This document shows, piece after piece, positions 1 through 9,094 of a stretch of 64,000 nt of DNA (the stretch's first letter is position 1; the number at the start of each line of letters is the position of its first letter). Origin of the DNA: an uncultured Chloroflexia bacterium. Its GTDB lineage: Bacteria; Chloroflexota; Limnocylindria; Limnocylindrales; CSP1-4. The notes beneath the pieces were generated by a model that saw nothing but the letters and a program-made list of their open reading frames with translations, did not search any database and had not been told where the DNA came from. A program made the translations under genes and the position numbers. The stretch is from contig CAVUFD010000001.1 in assembly GCA_963740825.1 (NCBI GenBank), positions 2,625,543-2,689,542 of the forward strand, written 5' to 3'.

Positions 1-106
1 CGGCCGGGTCCGTCAGCAGCCGGACCGCCGGCAGGCGCGCCTCGATCGCCCGCAGGAGCCCGGGCCCGTCGCCGCGAACGGCGTCGTCTCGCGCTTCGTC
101 GCCCAT
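1..106 (-). CDS. 5' end of a CDS of unknown function; continues beyond the window start
   Basis: Minus-strand ATG at 106..104 opens a frame (MGDEARDDAVRGDGPGLLRAIEARLPAVRLLTDPA...) with about 90% G/C at third positions and no stop before the window edge. No recognisable domain. Confidence 0.3.
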   Translation of the reverse strand, partial: MGDEARDDAVRGDGPGLLRAIEARLPAVRLLTDPA

Positions 107-519
107 GATCGCCAGTATCCGATGCCGAGGGTGGCGCGCGTCGCGTGGCGATCACCACCAGCGAACGCTTATGGGTCGAAGCCGCCGGGCGGCCGCCATT
201 CGGCACGCCTCCATCGCCGTGACTGATGGAGGGGCCTTGAGGGACGACCCACATGTCGATTGGACCCAAGAGTGTTCACTGGCAGCGATGGCAGTGCCAG
301 GGTTCGGCGAGCCAGGTGTTGCGCCAGATCACGCAATTCGCTCCATGGAGAGACCCGCAAGGCCCTACCGCGGCCACGACCACACGAATCGACGCACGCC
401 GAGCGACGAACGACGCGGTGACCGTCGGGCAGCCAGCCGGATGGCGCGATGTGCGGCAGTCGACGCAACAGGCCGAGCCCGCAGACCACGAGCAGCCGCC
501 CGATCGTCCCGAGGCTAGG

Positions 520-1995
520 ATGGCCGGCATGCCCAGGATCCGGACCGCGTCTCGAGGCATCGCGTCGCTCGCGCTCGTCACCCTCGTGGTGATCGTGGTG
601 GGGTGTGAGGCGCCCGCGGCCGTGGGCCCGAGCGCGTCCGCGCCGGCAGCGATCGTCGCCACCCGGGTCCCGGACGCGTCGAATGAGGACGCCCTGGTCG
701 ACGAGGGCATGGCCGAGTCCGCGACGCCGGCGGCGACCCCTGCGGCGGCCACGGCCATCGTCCCCGGCGCCGTCCACCGGACGAGCCTCGCGATCACCGC
801 CACCTACGACGCGACGGTCCGCCTCGCCGTCGCCGACCCGCGGCTCGCGGGCAGGGTCACCGTCAGCGCCCGGAACCGCTCCGGCGGCGGCATCGACCGA
901 TTGCTGCTCAACACCGTCATGGCCAAGCTCGGTGCGCTGGACCTCAGGTCGGTCACCGTCGACGGCAGGCGGGCGGACGCCCGCATCGACGGCCAGACGA
1001 TCGTCGTCCCCCTCGGTGGCGTGCTCCCCGACGGCGCCGCCACCACCATCGTCGTCAGGTTCTCGGCGCGCCTCCGTTCGTCGATCGCCGACTCGAGCTG
1101 GCTGTTCACGCGCGCCAACGGCATCGTCGACATGCACCGCTGGATCCCGTGGATCAGCCGCAAGCGCCGGTTCGAGCGACCCAACCATGGCGACCCGTTC
1201 GTGACCCCGGTCAGCCCGCGAGTCACGGTCACGATCACGACCGACGTCCCGGTCGTCTTCGGCACCACCGGCGACCGGATCGCCAAGGCCCACGGCGGGC
1301 GAACGCAGACCTTCCGGGCCGCGAACGTCCGGGACTTCGTGGTCACGGCGGCGGCCGACTACCGATCGACGTCGCGGACCGTCGGCGACACCACCGTGCG
1401 CGTGATCTCCAGGCCCGGCTTCCCCGCGGCCAGGGCCCTCGACGCGGCGGTCAACGCGCTGCGCAGGCTCGAGGCGAGGCTCGGCCCGTACCCGTACCGC
1501 GTGTTGAAGGTGGTCCAGTCGGCCGGGGCGTTCGGCATGGAGGGCCCGGGCGTCGCCTGGATCCCGACCGGCACGCCGTCGTCGAACCTGACCTATCTCG
1601 TGACCCACGAGATCGCGCACCAGTGGTTCTACGGGATCGTCGGCAACGACCAGGCCCGCGAGCCGTTCGCCGACGAGGCGGCCACCGACTTCGTCGCGCG
1701 CCATGTCCTGGGCCTCCGGCGCGGCTCCCGATGCGCGAGGGACGAGCTCGACCGGTCGATCTACCGCTACTCGTCGACGTGCTACTACGAGGTCGTCTAC
1801 ATCCAGGGCGGCAACCTGCTCGACGACGCCCGGGCGCGCATGGGGTCGAAGCCGTTCTGGCACGCCCTCCGCGGCTACATCGCGGACCACCGCTGGGGCC
1901 TGAGCCACACGCGGACGCTGCTCGACGCGCTCGACGCGGCCACCCCGGTGAACCTGCGGGCGACGTGGCGCTCCCGGTTCCCGAGCCTGTACTGA
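520..1995 (+). CDS. Gluzincin (M1-like, HExxH+E) zinc metallopeptidase, probable lipoprotein
   Basis: ORF 253..1995 with internal ATG at 520 preceded by AGGA. N-terminus MAGMPRIRTASRGIASLALVTLVVIVVGCEAP is a signal peptide with lipobox. Motif HEIAHQWFYG...(18)...E is the M1/MA-clan zinc site. Confidence 0.7.
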   Translation: MAGMPRIRTASRGIASLALVTLVVIVVGCEAPAAVGPSASAPAAIVATRVPDASNEDALVDEGMAESATPAATPAAATAIVPGAVHRTSLAITATYDATVRLAVADPRLAGRVTVSARNRSGGGIDRLLLNTVMAKLGALDLRSVTVDGRRADARIDGQTIVVPLGGVLPDGAATTIVVRFSARLRSSIADSSWLFTRANGIVDMHRWIPWISRKRRFERPNHGDPFVTPVSPRVTVTITTDVPVVFGTTGDRIAKAHGGRTQTFRAANVRDFVVTAAADYRSTSRTVGDTTVRVISRPGFPAARALDAAVNALRRLEARLGPYPYRVLKVVQSAGAFGMEGPGVAWIPTGTPSSNLTYLVTHEIAHQWFYGIVGNDQAREPFADEAATDFVARHVLGLRRGSRCARDELDRSIYRYSSTCYYEVVYIQGGNLLDDARARMGSKPFWHALRGYIADHRWGLSHTRTLLDALDAATPVNLRATWRSRFPSLY

Positions 1996-2002
1996 GCCGG
2001 CC

Positions 2003-2581
2003 GTGACCGATGACGCTCGCCTCATCGTCCGCATCGCGACCGTCGCGGACGGCGCCGCCTGCGCGGCGATCTACGGGCCGTTCGTCGAGCAGACGTCGAT
2101 CTCGTTCGAGCTCGAGCCTCCGACGCCCGACGACATGGCCGGGCGGATCGCGAAGACCACCGCCCGCACGCCGTGGGTCGTCGTCGAGGTCGGCGGCGTC
2201 GTCCGCGGCTATGCCTACGGCACGCGCCACCGCGACCGCGCCGCCTACGACTGGACGGTCGAATCGGCGGTGTACGTCGACGCGGCGTTCGCGGGCCGCG
2301 GGATTGGGCGGGCCGCGATGACGGCGCTGCTCGAGGTGCTCCGACTCCAGGGCTTCCACCTCGTCGTGGCCGGGATCACGCAGCCGAACCCGGCCTCGAC
2401 GGCCCTCCACCTGGCGCTGGGCTTCGAGCGCATCGGGCAGTTCGACGCGATCGGCTGGAAGCAGGGTCGCTGGCACGGCGTCGAGTGGTACGGCCTGGAG
2501 CTCGGTCCGCGGGAACGAGCGCCGTCGCCGATCCGCCGGCTGGCGGACGCAATCGCCGACTGGGAGCCGGCCGGAGCTTAG
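2003..2581 (+). CDS. GNAT family N-acetyltransferase (phosphinothricin/YncA-like)
   Basis: 192 aa with GTG start. Motifs VVEVGGVVRGYAYG and AGRGIGRAAMTALLE fit the GNAT acetyl-CoA binding fold. Stop TAG at 2579-2581. Confidence 0.8.
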   Translation: MTDDARLIVRIATVADGAACAAIYGPFVEQTSISFELEPPTPDDMAGRIAKTTARTPWVVVEVGGVVRGYAYGTRHRDRAAYDWTVESAVYVDAAFAGRGIGRAAMTALLEVLRLQGFHLVVAGITQPNPASTALHLALGFERIGQFDAIGWKQGRWHGVEWYGLELGPRERAPSPIRRLADAIADWEPAGA

Positions 2582-2583
2582 GA

Positions 2584-3721
2584 TGAACAGCCTCCGAGAT
2601 GTAGCGACGCATCGGGGTCTTCATCTCGGCCTCATCTTGCGGGCACCGATCAAGGCCTCGAACGGCGTCCGCCCCCGCGTCAGCCGCCCGGTGTGGGCCC
2701 GCTCGGTGTTGTAGAAGCGCAGGTACCCCGCGAGGTCCCGGGTCAGCCCCGTGAGCTTGGGCACCAGGCTGCGCGCGAACGCCGGCCGCCAGCACTCCTC
2801 GAGGATCGTGCGCTGGACCCGCTCGACCGATCCGTTGGTGGCTGGCCGCCCCGCCCGGATGAACGTCTGGGTCGCGCCAAGCTCGCGAACGGTATCGCCG
2901 AACACCTGGCTGCGGAACTCGGAGCCGTTGTCGGTCAGCACCCGCTCGAGTCGCCAGCCGTGCGAGCGCAGGTCGGCCGCGACCCGCCGGGCGAGCGCCG
3001 AGGTCTTCGCGGCAGACGGGTTGAGCGGCGTGGTGGCGAGCTCGGCCCACACGTACGAGCTGGCGAGGTCGATCGCGGTGTACTGCCACACCCGCCCGGT
3101 CGTCCCCGAGAGCCTGCCCACGTGGAAGCAGTCGAAGCCCACGAGCTCGCCCGGGTGGTCGACCGCGACGTGGCGCTCGACCGGTTCGTCCGGTCGCTCG
3201 GGCCCGGGCGGTGCCGCGTACCCGGCCACCAGGCTGAGCCTCGCGATCCGCCGGTTGAGGCCGTGGCGGCGCAGCACCCGCCACACGCCGTTGGGGCTCA
3301 CGACGATGCCGCCCCAGCGCGCCTGGGCGAGGCTCGCGCTGATGCGCCGCGGCCCGAGCCCGGGCTGGCCCAGGGCGAAGGCGAGGATCCGCTGCTCGGT
3401 GAGCTGGCTCGTCTGGTTGGGCATCCGCGGCCGCCGGCGCTCCCTCGGCCGGAGCATCTCGAGCCCCGAGCGCAGCACGGGCTCCCGCCAGCGGTAGTAG
3501 GTCGACGGGTGGACGCCCATCAGGCGACACGCCGCCCGGACGTTGCCCAGCTCCGCCGCCAGGCTGAACAGCCGCAGCCGGAACCGGAAGAGGACGTCAT
3601 CATCGACCACGGCGCCGCGCCTCCTGCTCATCGCTTCGAACACGACAAGCATGGGGTTGCGGCGCCGCTCGTCACACGGCGGTGGGACTCCCAGGTGTCG
3701 GGAGAACTCGGGGACTGTTCA
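2584..3721 (-). mobile_element. IS481-family insertion sequence (about 1.14 kb) with imperfect terminal inverted repeats and an 8-bp direct target duplication
   Basis: Left end TGAACAGCCTCCGAG (2584-2598) matches the reverse complement of the right end CTCGGGGACTGTTCA (3707-3721). Flanked by direct repeat GCTTAGGA at 2576-2583 and 3722-3729. Carries a single DDE transposase ORF. Confidence 0.8.
2621..3652 (-). CDS. IS481 family transposase (HTH + rve/DDE integrase core)
   Basis: 343 aa. N-terminal HTH (LGNVRAACRLMGVHPSTYYRW) and rve core with VGFDCFHVGRLSGTTGRVWQYTAIDLASSY...TDNGSEF..., typical of IS481-family transposases. Confidence 0.85.
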   Translation of the reverse strand: MLVVFEAMSRRRGAVVDDDVLFRFRLRLFSLAAELGNVRAACRLMGVHPSTYYRWREPVLRSGLEMLRPRERRRPRMPNQTSQLTEQRILAFALGQPGLGPRRISASLAQARWGGIVVSPNGVWRVLRRHGLNRRIARLSLVAGYAAPPGPERPDEPVERHVAVDHPGELVGFDCFHVGRLSGTTGRVWQYTAIDLASSYVWAELATTPLNPSAAKTSALARRVAADLRSHGWRLERVLTDNGSEFRSQVFGDTVRELGATQTFIRAGRPATNGSVERVQRTILEECWRPAFARSLVPKLTGLTRDLAGYLRFYNTERAHTGRLTRGRTPFEALIGARKMRPR

Positions 3722-3723
3722 GC

Positions 3724-4713
3724 TTAGGAGGCGCCGGCGACGCGCCGGTCGGCCGCCAGCGCCTGCGGGAACCAGCGCCACGCCGGCGGCAGTCGTGGCC
3801 GCCAGAACCCCCAGGTTGCCGTCAGCCAGGCGTCGATCGTCCGTTGGCGCGGACCCCAGGCGAGGCCGTATTCATCGCGTGTCGACGGCGGCAGCAGCCC
3901 AACGGACGGGACGAGCAGCCAGTCGTAGGCGACGGGCGGGACGGCGCGCAGGACCGCGGCCGTGGGACCGGCGAGGCTGCCCAGCCGCGCGGCGACCGGC
4001 CCCGACTCCGTCAGCGGCGCGAGCGGCGGGTGGAGGATCGCCCGGGCGAGGTCGCGGGCGGTCGCCGTCGGGTGGACCGGGCCGTCGGGCGCGAGCATCG
4101 CGGCGACATACGCGTCGAAGGCATCGATGTCCGCCGGCAGCAGGGCGTCGGGCACGCCGAACAGGCGCGCGATCGGCACCGTCTCCGCGTAGAACCGGGC
4201 GCGAGCGCCCGGCGGGATCGGGCCGAGCCACGCCTCGCCGGTGGTCAGGGTCGAGTCGACGAGCGTCGCGTGGACCCACAGCGCGAGCGCCGGGTCGCGA
4301 GCGTCGTAGGCGGCGCCGAACAACGCGGCGGTCGCCTCGTCGCGGACCCGCCCGCCCAGGGCGCGATGGAGCCCGTTGAGCCGCCGGATCTCCGCGCGGG
4401 CCGCCGTGCTGGTCCCGTAGACGATCCGGAGGTAGGAGCGAAGCGTCCCCGCGAGGCGCGCCCAGGGGTCGGCGCGGAAGTCGGAGTGCTGGTCGACGCC
4501 CTCGGCGACGAGCGGATGTGCGATCTGCAGCAGGAGGGCGCGCGGTCCGGCGCCCAGGAGCAGCGTCGCCTCCCGGTTGAGCCGCCAGGCCTCCGAGCCA
4601 GGGCCGTAGAGCCCGGCGCGTTCGTGCTCGACGGAGCGCGTCGCCCGATCGGCCTCGCCGGTCGTCGCCGTCGCCGTCAGCGCTCGCTCGGGCGCCGCCC
4701 GACCACCCACCAC
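3724..4713 (-). CDS. MpaB/DUF2236-family oxygenase-like protein
   Basis: C-terminal 330 aa of ORF 3724..5379. GPGSEAWRLNREATLLLGAGPRALLLQIAHPLVAEGV...RLAGTLRSYLRIVYG matches the DUF2236/MpaB domain. There is no in-frame ATG after the bioY overlap; the start is probably GTG near 4713-4708, so the start is uncertain. Stop TAA overlaps the GNAT stop in the pre-insertion sequence. Confidence 0.6.
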   Translation of the reverse strand: MVGGRAAPERALTATATTGEADRATRSVEHERAGLYGPGSEAWRLNREATLLLGAGPRALLLQIAHPLVAEGVDQHSDFRADPWARLAGTLRSYLRIVYGTSTAARAEIRRLNGLHRALGGRVRDEATAALFGAAYDARDPALALWVHATLVDSTLTTGEAWLGPIPPGARARFYAETVPIARLFGVPDALLPADIDAFDAYVAAMLAPDGPVHPTATARDLARAILHPPLAPLTESGPVAARLGSLAGPTAAVLRAVPPVAYDWLLVPSVGLLPPSTRDEYGLAWGPRQRTIDAWLTATWGFWRPRLPPAWRWFPQALAADRRVAGAS

Positions 4714-5321
4714 GCCGCGGGGAAGACCGCCGCGGCGGCCAGGAGCTTCAGGGTGTCGACGGGGATGAACGGCACCATGCCATTCCAGATCGCGTCGCCC
4801 AGCGACATGCCGGTCGAGGCCGCCAGCCACGGCACCCCGACCGCGTAGATCGCGAGGGTCCCGAGGGCGGTCGCCCCGATCGCACCGATGATCCGCCGAT
4901 CCCAGCCGAGCTCCGCGAGCCGCCCGACCAGCGCGCCGGCGATCACGAAGCCGATGAGGTAGCCGCCGGTGGCGCCGAGGACCACCTGGACGCCGCCCTT
5001 GTGCTCCGCGAAGAAGGGCACGCCGATGAGCCCCACCGCGAGGTACAGGAACGCGGCCAGCCCGCCACGGCGGAGGCCGAGCGCCCCGCCGACCACCAGC
5101 ACCCCGAACGTCTGGAGGGTGTACGGCACCTGGCTGTCGGCCCTCGGGATCGCGACCTGGGCGGTCAGGAAGATCAGCAGCGCGCCGGCGACGACGAGGA
5201 CCGCATTCCGCAGCCGCGGTGACACGCGCTCCCCGAGGCGGACCGGGACCAGGAAGTCCGCGATCGTGAGTCCCTTCTCCGCGGCGGGCACCCGCGTCAT
5301 GGACGGCAGCGCGTAGGACAT
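4677..5321 (-). CDS. bioY: Biotin transporter BioY (ECF S-component)
   Basis: 221-aa ORF with multiple TM helices. FLYLAVGLIGVPFF and GGYLIGFVIAG are BioY hallmarks. Start at ATG 5321 or 5342. Overlaps the upstream mpaB-like gene in a different frame. Confidence 0.75.
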   Translation of the reverse strand: MSYALPSMTRVPAAEKGLTIADFLVPVRLGERVSPRLRNAVLVVAGALLIFLTAQVAIPRADSQVPYTLQTFGVLVVGGALGLRRGGLAAFLYLAVGLIGVPFFAEHKGGVQVVLGATGGYLIGFVIAGALVGRLAELGWDRRIIGAIGATALGTLAIYAVGVPWLAASTGMSLGDAIWNGMVPFIPVDTLKLLAAAAVFPAAWWVVGRRPSER

Positions 5322-5410
5322 CGGCCTCCCTCCCGGCGTCACCGTCCGAGCGGGCGCCGCGTCGCGCCGAGTCTACCAACCCCGCGAAACCTCGCGGGCG
5401 GGCCCGCCGG

Positions 5411-7966
5411 CTACGAGGCCCTGACGGCCGCCACGATCGAGCGCCGGCCGGCGATCCGGGCCGGCTGGGCCGCCGCCAGCATCGCGAGCCCCACGCCCAG
5501 GGCGAGCGACGCCGCGATCATCGCCCACGGCACCTGGATCGCCGACGGCAGACCGCCCGCGAACGAGAGCAGGAGCGCGCCGACGACGAGACCGGCGACC
5601 GACCCGACGAGGCCGCCGATCGTGCCGATGATCCCGGCCTCGACCAGCACGCTCCGCCAGACCTGGCGCCGGCTCATGCCGGCGGCGCGCAGCACGCCGA
5701 GCTCGCGGATCCGCTCCCAGCTGTCCATCGAGAGCGTGTTCGCGATCCCGAACCCCGCGACGACGACGGCGGCGAGGGCGAGCAGGTCGAGCAGGCCGAA
5801 CACGCGGTCCAGCGCGTTGTCGATGCTCCCCGCGACGCTCGAGACCGGTGCGGCGGTCAGGGCCAGCTGCGCCGCCAGGACGGCGACCGCCGGCACTGCG
5901 GCCGCGGCGCGGCCCGGTCCGTAGCGGACGATCCAGGCATCGGCGCCCTGGACCGCGAAGTGGCCGATGGCGTCCGGCCAGCCGACGAGAGCCGCCTCGC
6001 CGCCGGCACCCGGAAACGAGCGCCCGACGAGCCCGACGACCGCGAGCTCGAGGGGTCCGCCGGCGTTGGTGACGACGATCGAGTCCCCCACCCCGACGCC
6101 CATCTGCCGCGCCCGCGAGACGGGCAGGATGACCGACCCGCCCGCATCGATCGCCGCCAGCGCCGCCGTCCGGTCGCCGCCAGCGAATGTCAGCCGTCCG
6201 TCCGCGTCGAAGTCGGCTCCGCGGATCGCGACAGCGTCGAGGCGCGTGCCGTCGAAGGCGAGGTCGAACGACGCGATCGGCGTCACCCGCGCCACGCCCT
6301 CGATCGCAGCGATCTGCGGTCCGTAGCCGTCGTCCCCGACCGGCGCCGGGGCGATGGCCGTGAGGATCTCGTCGCCCGGCACGACGTCGGCCAGCCAGGC
6401 GGTCGCGGTGGAGCGCGCGTTGACGGTCACGGCGCCGAGCGCCACGACCATCGCCAGCCCGACCACGAGCGCGCCGACCGTGGTCGTCGTTCGCGCCCGG
6501 TCGCGGGCGATCGCGGCCCGGGCGAGCCGCTCCTCCAGCCGCAGCACCCCGGCGAACGGGAGGCCGGCGATCCGGCCGAGCGGCCCCAGCAGCGCGGGCG
6601 TCGCGAGCACGGCCCCGAGCAGGACGGCGTAGACGAGGATCGTCCGCTGCGAGATCGGCCCGGAGGCGGCCAGCCCGGGCACCAGCACGCCGGCGAGGAT
6701 CGCGACCACCGCCATCACCACGAGCAGCCAGCTCGTGTGCGTGCGCACGCCGGCCGCGGCGTCCGACCGGGTGCGGAGGGCCTCCACGGGGCTGACCGCG
6801 CCCGCGCGGCGCGCCGGCTCGAGCGTGGCGACGAGCGTGATCGCGATCCCGGCCGCGGTCGCGCCCGCGAGCATCGGCGCCGTGATCTCCGGGCCGTCGA
6901 GGGTCACGCCGCCGGCGGTGCGCAGCCAGGCCGCCACGACCTGCGCGAGGAGCACGCCGGCCGCCGCGCCCAGCGCCGACCCGAGCGCGCCGAGCAGCAG
7001 TCCCTGGGTGACCACGACGCGGACGATGTCGCCGCGGGTCGCGCCCGCGGCCCGCAGCAGGCCCAGCTCGCGGACCCGCTCGATCACGGTCATCGCGATG
7101 GTGTTCAGGATCACGAACGCGGCCGCGAACAGGCTGATCGCAGCGAGCAGGGCCATCGTCGAACGGATGTCGGCCGTGGACGCGCGGAGCGACTCGGCGA
7201 CGTCCCGCGGCGAGGACAGCAGGTACGGCTCGACGGTGAGCGCCCGCTCGAGCGCAACCTCCACGCTCGCGGGATCCGCCCCGGCCGACAGCACGACGTC
7301 GATGCGCGAGAAGCCCCTCGGAGCGGCCGTCGTGGCTGGCGTGTCCCCGTCGACCGGCGCGAGCCCGGCGGCCGTCGCGATGGGCATGACGATCGTGCGT
7401 CCCGACGATCCCGGCGCGGGGCCGTCGCCGGCGAGGATCCCGGCGACCCGCACCGTGACCGGAGCGCCGGCGCCCAGGAGGGACACCTCGCTGCCGACAT
7501 CGAGGTCCTCGCTCGCGGCGATCCGCTCGGTCACCAGCGCCTGACCGGGACCGAGGGTCGTGACGGGCATGCCCCGGACCACCGGGAGGTCCCGGACGCG
7601 CACCTCCAGCTGGGGATCGATGCCGAGGACCGTCACCGGCGCTGCGGCCGGACCGCCCCGACCGGAACCGCCGCCGAGGAACGTCTGCCGCTCGGTCGCC
7701 GGGGCGGCGATCTCGACGCCCGGGACGCCGTCGACCTCGGCGAGCGTCCGCGCCGACAGGCCGGCCTCGGTGAACGCCGCCACCCGGAGGTCCGCGCGCC
7801 CGGCCATCGCGTCGACGGTGCGGCGGACGGACGCGTCGATGCCGGCGTCGACGGCCAGCGCCGCCACGAGCACCGCGACGCCGATCGCGATGCCGGAGGC
7901 GGTCAGCAGGCTGCGCGCGGGCCGGGCGGCGAGGCTGCGCCACGCATAGGGAACAAGACCGCGCAT
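5411..7966 (-). CDS. ABC transporter permease with two FtsX domains (MacB-like)
   Basis: 851 aa. N-terminus MRGLVPYAWRSLAARPARSLLTASGIAIGVAVLV is FtsX/MacB-like. Duplicated 4-TM FtsX modules separated by large extracytoplasmic domains. Lies immediately downstream of the ABC ATPase. Confidence 0.8.
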   Translation of the reverse strand: MRGLVPYAWRSLAARPARSLLTASGIAIGVAVLVAALAVDAGIDASVRRTVDAMAGRADLRVAAFTEAGLSARTLAEVDGVPGVEIAAPATERQTFLGGGSGRGGPAAAPVTVLGIDPQLEVRVRDLPVVRGMPVTTLGPGQALVTERIAASEDLDVGSEVSLLGAGAPVTVRVAGILAGDGPAPGSSGRTIVMPIATAAGLAPVDGDTPATTAAPRGFSRIDVVLSAGADPASVEVALERALTVEPYLLSSPRDVAESLRASTADIRSTMALLAAISLFAAAFVILNTIAMTVIERVRELGLLRAAGATRGDIVRVVVTQGLLLGALGSALGAAAGVLLAQVVAAWLRTAGGVTLDGPEITAPMLAGATAAGIAITLVATLEPARRAGAVSPVEALRTRSDAAAGVRTHTSWLLVVMAVVAILAGVLVPGLAASGPISQRTILVYAVLLGAVLATPALLGPLGRIAGLPFAGVLRLEERLARAAIARDRARTTTTVGALVVGLAMVVALGAVTVNARSTATAWLADVVPGDEILTAIAPAPVGDDGYGPQIAAIEGVARVTPIASFDLAFDGTRLDAVAIRGADFDADGRLTFAGGDRTAALAAIDAGGSVILPVSRARQMGVGVGDSIVVTNAGGPLELAVVGLVGRSFPGAGGEAALVGWPDAIGHFAVQGADAWIVRYGPGRAAAAVPAVAVLAAQLALTAAPVSSVAGSIDNALDRVFGLLDLLALAAVVVAGFGIANTLSMDSWERIRELGVLRAAGMSRRQVWRSVLVEAGIIGTIGGLVGSVAGLVVGALLLSFAGGLPSAIQVPWAMIAASLALGVGLAMLAAAQPARIAGRRSIVAAVRAS

Positions 7967-7984
7967 GGCTGTGCGCCGTGCCCG

Positions 7985-8809
7985 CTAGAGGCCGACTTGT
8001 GCGAGCCGCTCGATGAGCGGTGCGGCCGAATGGTCGTCGCGACGCCCGAGGTCGATCTCGTCGCGAACCCGACCGTCGCCGATCACGAGCACGCGGTCCG
8101 CGTAGGCCGCCGCCTTCGCATCGTGGGTGACGAGCATGATCGTCTGGCCGCGGTCGACGCACGTCCGCCACAGCGCGTCGAGGATGCCGAGGCCGGTGGT
8201 GAAGTCGAGGTTGCCGGTCGGCTCGTCGGCCAGCAGCAGCGCCGGACGGGTGACGATCGCCCGCGCGACCGCGACCCGCTGCTGCTCGCCCGCGGACAGC
8301 TGCTCGGGCCGATGGCGGTCCTTGCCCGACAGCTCCACCAGCGCGATCGCGTCGCGGACCCGCTCGGCGAGGCTGCCCGAGCGCGGGTCCTGGCCCGCGA
8401 TCGTGAACGGCAGGCCGACGTTCTCGACGACGTTCAGCAGCGGCACGAGGTTGAACGACTGGAACACGAAGCCCGTCCGCTCGCGGCGCAGGCGGGTCGC
8501 CTCGTCGTCGGACAGTCGGGAGATCGTCTGGCCCTCGAGGACGACCTCCCCGGACGTCGGGCGATCGAGCCCCCCGAGCAGCTGGAGGAGCGTGCTCTTG
8601 CCGGACCCCGACGGGCCCATGAGCGCGATGAACTCGCCGGGCATCACCTCGAGGCTCACGCCGCGGACCGCCTCGACCGTCTCGCCGGTCAGGCGGTAGG
8701 TCTTGGTGAGGTCGCTGGCGGCGAGGATCGGGCGACGGGCCGTCGTCTCGGCAGCCGATCCGGCGTCGGATCGGGTCGCGGTCTTCGGGGTGACGGGGGC
8801 GGCGGTCAT
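7985..8809 (-). CDS. ABC transporter ATP-binding protein (MacB/LolD-type)
   Basis: Walker A GPSGSGKST, signature LSAGEQQRVAVARA and Walker B LLLADEPTGNLD. Start taken at internal ATG 8809 (MTAAPVT...) because the upstream 57 aa of the ORF is low-complexity. Confidence 0.85.
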   Translation of the reverse strand: MTAAPVTPKTATRSDAGSAAETTARRPILAASDLTKTYRLTGETVEAVRGVSLEVMPGEFIALMGPSGSGKSTLLQLLGGLDRPTSGEVVLEGQTISRLSDDEATRLRRERTGFVFQSFNLVPLLNVVENVGLPFTIAGQDPRSGSLAERVRDAIALVELSGKDRHRPEQLSAGEQQRVAVARAIVTRPALLLADEPTGNLDFTTGLGILDALWRTCVDRGQTIMLVTHDAKAAAYADRVLVIGDGRVRDEIDLGRRDDHSAAPLIERLAQVGL

Positions 8810-9094
8810 GCGGGCGAGCGGCTCCTGCGGGGTGAGGCGCGGTCGGGTCCGTACGCTAGCGGTGCGGTCCGGTGCGGTCTGCGGCCCGAAAGTCCTGTCC
8901 GGACGACGGACGACGGGGCTCGCGGGAGCACGGTTTCGGGTTGCCGGGAACGGTTCGGGCACCCCGGACGCCAGTAGCATCCGAGCGCGACCAGGTGAGC
9001 CGCGCCGGATGCGGAGCGACCGTGGACCAGCGACACCTCGTCATGCCGCCGTCTGACCGTGAACACCTGCCTCGACGCGGCGAGACGTCGCCGC

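Noticed and set aside
3724-5379. A single 551-aa ORF 3724..5379 read as one gene.
   Set aside because: It is two genes in different frames: an MpaB/DUF2236 protein in the 3' part and BioY (4677..5342) on the same strand. The 5' 220 codons of the long ORF are a shadow of bioY.
5373-8977. Very long Arg/Gly-rich ORFs on both strands (for example 5373..8171 minus strand at 932 aa, 5960..8977 plus strand at 1005 aa). Similar ones lie at 17350..19703, 44295..46661 and 62190..63890.
   Set aside because: These are off-frame or antisense shadows of real genes, which is common in 70%+ GC DNA. They lack motifs, are Arg-rich from CGN/GCN periodicity, and the same regions hold well-supported genes in another frame (ABC permease/ATPase, MFS, pepA, nrdJ).
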